The position numbers and the translations under genes are program-made. DNA of 64,000 nt from the IMG/VR virus record IMGVR_UViG_3300013130_002194, positions 4,472 through 68,471 of that record, one strand, 5' to 3'. Shown here piece after piece: positions 57,297 to 64,000 of the stretch. This DNA is from a virus. Each line of letters begins with the position of its first letter. The stretch's first letter is position 1. The notes under the pieces were generated by a model. The model had not been told where the DNA came from. It did no database searches and saw only the letters and a list, made by a program, of their open reading frames with translations.

Positions 57297-57632
57297 TTAC
57301 TTCTTTAGGTAAAAAGATTTTTGTTGAGGGTTAAAACCAATAAAAATACCGCTTGTGCTTAATTGTTTTTCATTCTGCCCAGGCTTAAAGTCTCTTAAAT
57401 TGTATTTCTTAATAATATCTTGAGCAGTTAAGTTAGATATATTTAAAGTACCATTTCTTTGCTTCTTAAGCTTGTCTACTTCTGGAGCATCGTTTGGATT
57501 TTTCTTTTTATAATTTGGTACTAAATTAGCATGTAATCTAGAATCAGAATCTGTACCTGTTTGGGTTCTAGTTTTAAGCTTATCCTGAACTTTTACAATT
57601 TGCTCGAAAAATATTTTTTCGTATAGATTCAC
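57297..57632 (-). CDS. Hypothetical late protein
   Basis: TAAATA then GTG; MNLYEKIFFEQ. Confidence 0.6.
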   Translation of the reverse strand: MNLYEKIFFEQIVKVQDKLKTRTQTGTDSDSRLHANLVPNYKKKNPNDAPEVDKLKKQRNGTLNISNLTAQDIIKKYNLRDFKPGQNEKQLSTSGIFIGFNPQQKSFYLKK

Positions 57633-57663
57633 GTAATTATTTATTAGTTACGTAGCTGTAAAC

Positions 57664-57695
57664 AAAAAAAAGCTGGGTACTTTCGTACCCAGCTT
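57664..57695 (-). terminator. Intrinsic terminator with GAAA tetraloop
   Basis: A8 run overlapping AGCTGGGTAC-TTTC-GTACCCAGCT. Confidence 0.88.
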
Positions 57696-57719
57696 AATTT
57701 AGCGTAATTTAGCGACTTA

Positions 57720-58607
57720 TTATACTTGGAAAAGCTCTTGACCTGGCTTTGTGAGCTTGCTATGAGGCTTGTTGTTCTTACCTGTCATAGCATTAATGGC
57801 TGGCTGTGGGTTGTGAGCCTTTGGATCAGCCTGAATATTTGGAATCTTACCTGAATCAGCCTTGCCACCTGTAGCAGCATATCCACTTGCAGTTGGCTTG
57901 TTACCCTTGCCGGTCAAGGTGTTAATAGCTGGTTGTGGGTTATGTGGCTTTGGCTCTGGCTCGCTAACAATGGCTTCTTCTGGCATATCATTGCCACCTT
58001 CATACATTGAACCCTCGTCAGCATCTTCGAGATCTTCTTCACCTTCATCTTCATCTCCTTCTATACTATCGTCCATATCATCAGCTCCTTCAGAGCCTAG
58101 AGATGCCTTCAAGTCATTGAGAGCTGAGATAATATTTTCGATCTTCTCGGCCAAATCTCCGTGAGCTGTGTCACCGGATCCAAGACCGCCACCAAGACCG
58201 CCACCTTCGAGATCGGCGTCCATTTCCATATCACCGGCACCATCAGTACCTAGAGTCATATCTAGATCTTCTTCGCCCATGACATTTTCGAACAATTCAT
58301 CAAATTTGTTTTTTTGAGATTTCATAGTGTTGCTTCTGAAATTATTTATGCTCTCCTTTAGCTTTTTTCTAGCCTTTTTATTCTTTTTCTGTTTGCCCTT
58401 AGTACCCTTTGAAGGTTCATAGGCCTTAGCCATTACTGGCTCTTTGCTATCAACATCTGAGGCCTTTGAGTTGGCTGAATAATGTGGAGCATCTTTTGGG
58501 GTAACCAAGTCTTTCTTAACTTTTGCATCACCCGTAATTTTGAATGGTTCAAGGAGTTTTTCAAATCCAGGAAATGAGTGAACTACATCTTCTGATAGAT
58601 CTTTCAT
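57720..58607 (-). CDS. Acidic low-complexity late protein (probable abundant head/prohead protein)
   Basis: ATG 58607; D/E/G-rich, duplicated HNPQPAIN..TGK.NKP motif; own terminator. Confidence 0.6.
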   Translation of the reverse strand: MKDLSEDVVHSFPGFEKLLEPFKITGDAKVKKDLVTPKDAPHYSANSKASDVDSKEPVMAKAYEPSKGTKGKQKKNKKARKKLKESINNFRSNTMKSQKNKFDELFENVMGEEDLDMTLGTDGAGDMEMDADLEGGGLGGGLGSGDTAHGDLAEKIENIISALNDLKASLGSEGADDMDDSIEGDEDEGEEDLEDADEGSMYEGGNDMPEEAIVSEPEPKPHNPQPAINTLTGKGNKPTASGYAATGGKADSGKIPNIQADPKAHNPQPAINAMTGKNNKPHSKLTKPGQELFQV

Positions 58608-58627
58608 AAATAGTTTTAAATATTTAT

Positions 58628-60340
58628 ATGCCAGCCGAAGAAAATTACTACTTAGGTAATAAAAATCTCCCCAAACCAGACACACAATTTGATTGGACTC
58701 CTGAAATGCTCAAGCATTTGGAGAATAGTCGTGATGATATCTTATACTTTGCTCAAACCTTTTTCTATATTATTAATCTAGATAAAGGCAAACAGTTAAT
58801 TAAACTGCATCCTTGTCAATTAAGAGTCCTTAAAGCCTTGGATGAGGAAAGATTTGTTTCATTGCTAGCGAGTCGCCAATCAGGAAAAACGACTCTAATG
58901 ACAATCTATGCCCTTTGGATTGCATGCTTCAACAAGGATAAGAGAGTACTTGTTGTAGCTAACAAAGAGAAGACAGCGATAAACATCTTTCGTCGTATAC
59001 GCACGGCTTATGAGATGTTACCGAACTACTTGAAACCAGGGGTAAAAGAATACGGTAAAACATCTATAACACTAGAAAATGACTCTTCAATTGGTATTTC
59101 TACTACAAGTTCTGATGCTGGTCGCGGTGATTCCGTAAACGTTCTAATCTTGGATGAGTTGGCTTTCATTCCAAATAACATTGTTGACAAGTTCTGGAAA
59201 TCTGTTTTTCCAATTATTTCTTCATCCAAACAATCCAAGATATTTGTTGCTTCTACTCCTAACGGTACAAAGAATTTGTTTTATGATTTGTATTCTGGAG
59301 CCATTGAAGGAAAAAATGGTTGGGCTGCAGAACGCATTGATTGGTGGGAAATACCTGGTAGAGATGAAGTTTGGAAGCAGAATACAATTAGAGAAATTGG
59401 CAGTGAAGAGACATTCAATCAAGAGTTCGGCAACGAATTTATTGAAGTTGGGGAGAGCACTCTATCAGACAAATTATATGAGCATTTAAAATCAAATATT
59501 GCTCCACCTTTGCATATTTTTGAAGATGGGTCATATAAGATGTGGGAAAACCCAAATAAGGCTAGCTTATATGTTATAGGTGTTGACGTCGCAGAAGGTG
59601 TAGGTCAAAATGCTAGCTCAGTAGAGGTGATTGATATTACAGATTTAACTAATATTCGTCAGGTAGCAGAGTACTGCAACAACAATATCAACCCCTACAC
59701 GTTCACTCAAAAGATTAATCAGATATGTAAGCACTGGGGTTCTCCTCCGGTTTTGATTGAGCGTAATAATCATGGTGGTGGTGTTTGCGATAACCTTAAA
59801 AACGAATACAATTACACCAAGATTGTAACATACACTGTTAAATCTGGCAAGATACATTTTGATAGACCTGGAATTCATTCTCATACAAACACCAAGTACA
59901 AGTGTATGACCAATATGAGATATTGGTTGAATGAAACTATGAGAGTAAAGATCAAATCTGTTGATCTACTCAATGAATTAAAGAGTTTTACAAGAAACAA
60001 AAACGGTACCTGGAGTGCTAGATCTGGGGAGTTAGATGACAGAGTAATGGGTATGGCCTGGGCCTTAATTATTCTTGACAGAGAAGTTTGTGAGAAGTAT
60101 TTTGAGGTTTTAGAGTATGATAAGAATCAAAAACCATTCAAAATTAAGAGATTGAGCTATTCTCAACCAGGGGAGTTTGTTGATGATTTTGGGATTTTAA
60201 CAAATAGAAAAATTGCTCAAGATAAAGATAGCGAAGAAGACTTTAACGAGATGCCTTCTTTCTTTACTAACTTCGGCAATGAGCCAGAAAACCCAGAAAT
60301 GGAAGATTTAATTTCTCAAGGATGGGAGCGTTGGAGATAA
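58628..60340 (+). CDS. gp17: Terminase large subunit
   Basis: ASRQSGKTT, LDELAF, STPNG, WWEIPGRD, FNQEF, IGVDVAEG, IERNN, DDRVM. Confidence 0.96.
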   Translation: MPAEENYYLGNKNLPKPDTQFDWTPEMLKHLENSRDDILYFAQTFFYIINLDKGKQLIKLHPCQLRVLKALDEERFVSLLASRQSGKTTLMTIYALWIACFNKDKRVLVVANKEKTAINIFRRIRTAYEMLPNYLKPGVKEYGKTSITLENDSSIGISTTSSDAGRGDSVNVLILDELAFIPNNIVDKFWKSVFPIISSSKQSKIFVASTPNGTKNLFYDLYSGAIEGKNGWAAERIDWWEIPGRDEVWKQNTIREIGSEETFNQEFGNEFIEVGESTLSDKLYEHLKSNIAPPLHIFEDGSYKMWENPNKASLYVIGVDVAEGVGQNASSVEVIDITDLTNIRQVAEYCNNNINPYTFTQKINQICKHWGSPPVLIERNNHGGGVCDNLKNEYNYTKIVTYTVKSGKIHFDRPGIHSHTNTKYKCMTNMRYWLNETMRVKIKSVDLLNELKSFTRNKNGTWSARSGELDDRVMGMAWALIILDREVCEKYFEVLEYDKNQKPFKIKRLSYSQPGEFVDDFGILTNRKIAQDKDSEEDFNEMPSFFTNFGNEPENPEMEDLISQGWERWR

Positions 60341-60348
60341 ATAATATT

Positions 60349-60657
60349 ATGACTTACAATCAACTTGTTGAGCAGTTGTTGACTGAAGCCAAAAAAGGGC
60401 CTTCTTTATCAATAAAGCGTGGAGAAAAATTACCAGCCAGCAAAGGTGCTGGTTTGACTGCAAAAGGTAGAGCCAAATATAACAGAGCAACAGGTAGCAA
60501 ATTAAAGGCACCCGTAACTGGAAAAGTAAAGAAAGGTTCTAAGGCTTCTAAGAGACGCAAGAGCTTCTGTTCTAGATCCAAGGCCTGGATACCTTCAGGT
60601 GGTTGTGGAGGCAAGGATACAAGAGGTTGTGCAGCTCGTAGAAGATGGAAATGCTGA
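60349..60657 (+). CDS. Small basic protein (DUF6321-like)
   Basis: GLTAKGRAKYNRATGSKLKAPV, RRKSFCSR, RRRWKC. Confidence 0.65.
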   Translation: MTYNQLVEQLLTEAKKGPSLSIKRGEKLPASKGAGLTAKGRAKYNRATGSKLKAPVTGKVKKGSKASKRRKSFCSRSKAWIPSGGCGGKDTRGCAARRRWKC

Positions 60658-60658
60658 T

Positions 60659-61300
60659 ATGAGTTATAGAGATTTAACAGAAAAACATAATTACCTCAAC
60701 CAGGCTATTCTTAACAAGGCTAGGGTTGATAAGTTTGTTCTTATTTTAACAATGCCAGAGGCATTAAGAAAAATCGATGTCAGGTACGGTGATGAGACAC
60801 CATCAAAGATTATTTCTGATAAGTTACAAATGTCTGTATGGGGAAATGTAGTACCGGCTATTAGTGTACCTTCGGTAAGTGTACCTTTTCAGGGACAGGT
60901 ACCAAAGGTTACTTCATTTTCAAGACCAGCCTACGATCCTGTAACAGTTAACTTTACAATTGATAGTGAGTTTTACAATTACTATGTTATTTGGAAGTGG
61001 CTTGCTTTATTAAACGATCCAAAAAAATCTGTTTTTGATGCTGAAAATAATTCAGGGTTATTAGATCCTGGTACAAAGACTTTAATAGACCCTAAAAAGC
61101 CTAGCTACATACCAAAATATGCCTCCCAAATTTCATTATTACCTTTGAACGAGTACAATCAGGTGTTAGGAGAATTTGTTTTTACCCAATGCTTTGCAAC
61201 TTCTCTCAATGGAATTAATTTTAATTATCAGGCTAGTGAAGAGATAGCTTCGAGCTTTTCTTTTGAGTTCAGTCAATTAACTTTTAACATCATTCCGTAA
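60659..61300 (+). CDS. Tail tube terminator / tail completion protein (gp3-like)
   Basis: VPAISVP, V.FTIDSEF.NY..IWKW, F.F..CF.TSL..INF, F.FS; upstream of the sheath. Confidence 0.65.
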   Translation: MSYRDLTEKHNYLNQAILNKARVDKFVLILTMPEALRKIDVRYGDETPSKIISDKLQMSVWGNVVPAISVPSVSVPFQGQVPKVTSFSRPAYDPVTVNFTIDSEFYNYYVIWKWLALLNDPKKSVFDAENNSGLLDPGTKTLIDPKKPSYIPKYASQISLLPLNEYNQVLGEFVFTQCFATSLNGINFNYQASEEIASSFSFEFSQLTFNIIP

Positions 61301-61336
61301 AAAATTTAATTGCCAAAACATAAATAATTAAAACAT

Positions 61337-63832
61337 ATGCCAACACAAACTATAGAAAGTCCTGGTGTTCAAATTAATGAGATAGATTTATCTCTTAGAG
61401 CGGTTGTTCCAAATGGTACAAATGTTTTGGTTTTAGGATATGCAACTCAAGGCCCGATTGAAGAGGTGCTTGAAATTCCTGATATTCAAACATTTTCAAC
61501 TATTTATGGCAACCCTACAAATGCAGCAGAAAGATACTTTTACTACTCAGTAAGAGGGGTTCTTAACGGGGGTGGTAGACCCATCGTTTCCAGATTACCT
61601 TACGGCTCTGGAACTGGTGTAGGGTCTTCTACAACTAAGTACAGCTGCTTAGCTTACCCAGCAGTTCCATTTGAACAAACTGCGTTTATTGCCAGTTCTG
61701 CTGCTTCAGTATCTTTTTCACAGGAATTATCTGGTTATTTCATCGGTGCTCCTGAATATTTGGAATTAACTGAAGAAGAGTATCTATCTATTGTTCAAGG
61801 AAATATTGATTGGGTAGATTCATCCCAAGCATTACATTTTATTGGTACAGGTAATAATTTTGATACTATTTCTTCTTTAGCCTCTGCCGGTTTTCTTGTT
61901 CTCAACAAGTTCCAATCAACCTTTGATAGTAAATCTTTTGAAGGTTATACAGTAGGTTTTGCTGATAGCTTAGATACTGATCCGCAATCTAATTTTAACA
62001 GTGTTACTAATATTAAGTATGCGCCTATAAATTCTGGTCACATTGGTTACTCTAATTATCTAACTATCCCTCAAACAAGACTTAACTTCCAGCTTGAATC
62101 TACTGTAACAAGCAATACTCAATCAGTTTCTCGTCAAATTGAGCAACAAGACCCAAATATTAACTTGTTCCAAGGAGCGTTTATTGATTCTGTTAGCGTC
62201 AAGGTTGCTAAGCTAAGACAGTCAATTTATACCCCACAAGCTGTAACATTGGACTATACATTCCCAGATGGTTTCTTAGGCTCTTTCAACAGCAGAAGAC
62301 AGGTTCAGTCTCAAAACGGTGGACAGCCAGTAGGTTTCTTCCTCGGTGATGTAGAGGATAGTTCGACTTACATCTCGATTGTTGTAAACCCAAATATCTC
62401 CACAGTTGCTGGCGATTGGACAAACCCTGAGGGTAAGCCAAGCAAGTTCGTCATCTTTAACCATTCTGCCAGCGATACTTTAGCAAAAACAGAACAAGTA
62501 AAAGCAAACGCTTCTTTCGCTAATACACCTCTTTACGGTGCTGGTTTAGCCGCTTGGGTTTCCCCTTCTAGCGGTGCTTTTTTTGCAAACTTTCAATCAT
62601 ATTTAAATTTCTATCTCAATCCAATTGACTCGCTTTATAGCTACGGTCCAACAGTACTCAACAATGTTGATAATGCTGCTGCTACATTTGCAATTGGTAA
62701 CACACCAGCTAAGATTGACAGAGTATTCCAAACAATCGATGATGTCGATGCTTTAAGAATCGACTTATCTGTTGAAGCTGGTTTAGGTACAATGTATTCT
62801 ATTTGCAATACGCTAAGTTCACCATCCGCTCAGTTGCAGGCGTATGATGATACAATCGTTGTTGACATTGGTGAAACTCCAAGCGGTACACCATCAACTG
62901 GTTTCTATCGTACAAATGGTAATCTAACTGAAGACTCTCTTTCAACATCTGTGCCAAATGTAGGAAATGCTCCATTCACATATAATGCTCAAGACTTGAA
63001 GAACAATTATTTGGCTGTTTACGAACAGTTCAGAACATTTGCACAGGATATAAGAAAGGATCACTTGTTTATTGCTGATCCTCTACGCCCAATCTTCGTA
63101 ACAGGTGCAAAAACAAAGGTTCTTTCTAACAGAAATAATACTTTTACTCAGCACATTAATACTCCATTAAGAAATCAATTTGATACAACAAGCACAAGTT
63201 ATGCTACAGTGTATGGTAACTGGGCTTTAATCAACGATTTAACTTCTGGTGCTAATGTTTGGATTCCAGTCTCTGGTTTAATTGCTGGTATGATGGCCAA
63301 GGATGACGCTAACTTCGCTCCATGGTTTGCTCCAGCAGGGTTTACAAGAGGTAAGTTCCCAACACCTGTGCTTGATATTGCAGTATCTCCAAGCCAACGC
63401 AACAGAGATTTAATTTACAAGCAAGGTATTAATCCAATTACTAAGTTCCCTAACGACGGAATTACAGTATTCGGTCAAAAGACTAAGTTGTCAACACCTT
63501 CTGCCTTTGACAGAATTAATGTTAGAAGATTGTTCTTGTATTTGGAGAAGATTACAAGATCGACACTCAAGTATTTTGTATTCGAACCTAATACTCTCTT
63601 TACAAGAACAAGTGTTATTAACGTTTTAACCCCAATCTTCGAAGACGTTAAGAATAACCAGGGTATGTATGACTACCTCATCGTTTGCGATGCTAGAAAT
63701 AACACTCCAAATGTAATTGATAACAACCAATTGGTTGTTGATATCTACATTAAACCTACTCGCGCAGCAGAGTTTATTTTGGTAAACTTCTATGCAACTA
63801 GAACTGACCAGAATTTTAACGAGTTAATTTAA
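61337..63832 (+). CDS. gp18: Tail sheath protein
   Basis: SPGVQINEIDLS, PWFAPAGFTRG, FGQKT, SAFDRINVRRLFL, NNTP.VID.N, IYIKPTRAAEFI. Confidence 0.96.
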   Translation: MPTQTIESPGVQINEIDLSLRAVVPNGTNVLVLGYATQGPIEEVLEIPDIQTFSTIYGNPTNAAERYFYYSVRGVLNGGGRPIVSRLPYGSGTGVGSSTTKYSCLAYPAVPFEQTAFIASSAASVSFSQELSGYFIGAPEYLELTEEEYLSIVQGNIDWVDSSQALHFIGTGNNFDTISSLASAGFLVLNKFQSTFDSKSFEGYTVGFADSLDTDPQSNFNSVTNIKYAPINSGHIGYSNYLTIPQTRLNFQLESTVTSNTQSVSRQIEQQDPNINLFQGAFIDSVSVKVAKLRQSIYTPQAVTLDYTFPDGFLGSFNSRRQVQSQNGGQPVGFFLGDVEDSSTYISIVVNPNISTVAGDWTNPEGKPSKFVIFNHSASDTLAKTEQVKANASFANTPLYGAGLAAWVSPSSGAFFANFQSYLNFYLNPIDSLYSYGPTVLNNVDNAAATFAIGNTPAKIDRVFQTIDDVDALRIDLSVEAGLGTMYSICNTLSSPSAQLQAYDDTIVVDIGETPSGTPSTGFYRTNGNLTEDSLSTSVPNVGNAPFTYNAQDLKNNYLAVYEQFRTFAQDIRKDHLFIADPLRPIFVTGAKTKVLSNRNNTFTQHINTPLRNQFDTTSTSYATVYGNWALINDLTSGANVWIPVSGLIAGMMAKDDANFAPWFAPAGFTRGKFPTPVLDIAVSPSQRNRDLIYKQGINPITKFPNDGITVFGQKTKLSTPSAFDRINVRRLFLYLEKITRSTLKYFVFEPNTLFTRTSVINVLTPIFEDVKNNQGMYDYLIVCDARNNTPNVIDNNQLVVDIYIKPTRAAEFILVNFYATRTDQNFNELI

Positions 63833-63853
63833 TACAAAAAAGGAATTTAACAT

Positions 63854-64000
63854 ATGCCACTAAACATAACAGAATATTTCAACGTGATGCAGCAAAGAGA
63901 TTTCTTGCGCGATCACCAATATAGAATCAGTAATTTACTTTATGAAGGTTTTTCTCTAACAGAGACTGATCTAGTATATTTAAGAACTGCAGAAATACCA
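63854..64000 (+). CDS. gp19: Tail tube protein (partial)
   Basis: MPLNITEYFNVMQQRDFLRDHQYRI...LRTAEIP directly after the sheath. Confidence 0.7.
   Translation, partial: MPLNITEYFNVMQQRDFLRDHQYRISNLLYEGFSLTETDLVYLRTAEIP

Noticed and set aside
38926-60340. Inteins or group I introns in polymerase, helicase, recombinase or terminase
   Set aside because: Protein lengths are ordinary, ORFs are uninterrupted and no splicing or LAGLIDADG motifs were seen
1-64000. Stop-codon reassignment, as in some large phages
   Set aside because: Core genes are full length under code 11 and end in TAA, TAG and TGA; coding density is already high
1-64000. tRNA/rRNA genes
   Set aside because: Intergenic gaps are tiny and no cloverleaf or T-loop pattern was recognised by eye; tRNAscan was not run

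Overview
This 64 kb, AT-rich window comes from a large T4-like (Tevenvirinae-related) tailed phage using the standard genetic code. It holds head, neck and tail genes (gp5 partial, gp23, gp22, gp21, gp20, gp4, gp13, gp14, gp15, gp17, gp3, gp18, gp19 partial) and most of the replication/recombination module (UvsY, UvsW, gp55, gp47, gp46, gp43, UvsX, gp41, gp32, gp45, gp62, RNase H, primase, DinG-like helicase). A complete 7-deazaguanine DNA-modification pathway is dispersed across the window: FolE, QueD, QueE, QueC, QueF, a DpdA/TGT-like enzyme and a PurN-like formyltransferase. It has extra, unexplained partners: an Nmad1/DUF1599 fusion, a P-loop kinase, a stand-alone class II amidotransferase, DUF366 and glycosyltransferases. 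Also present are a glycosylation/hydroxylation/sulfation toolkit and a tubulin/FtsZ-family GTPase. The DNA also shows a largely leaderless expression architecture, with sigma70-like or TAAATA late promoters a few nt upstream of start codons and almost no Shine-Dalgarno sites. Many late proteins share T4 capsid-targeting-like N-termini. All calls come from motif recognition by eye; no database searches were run.
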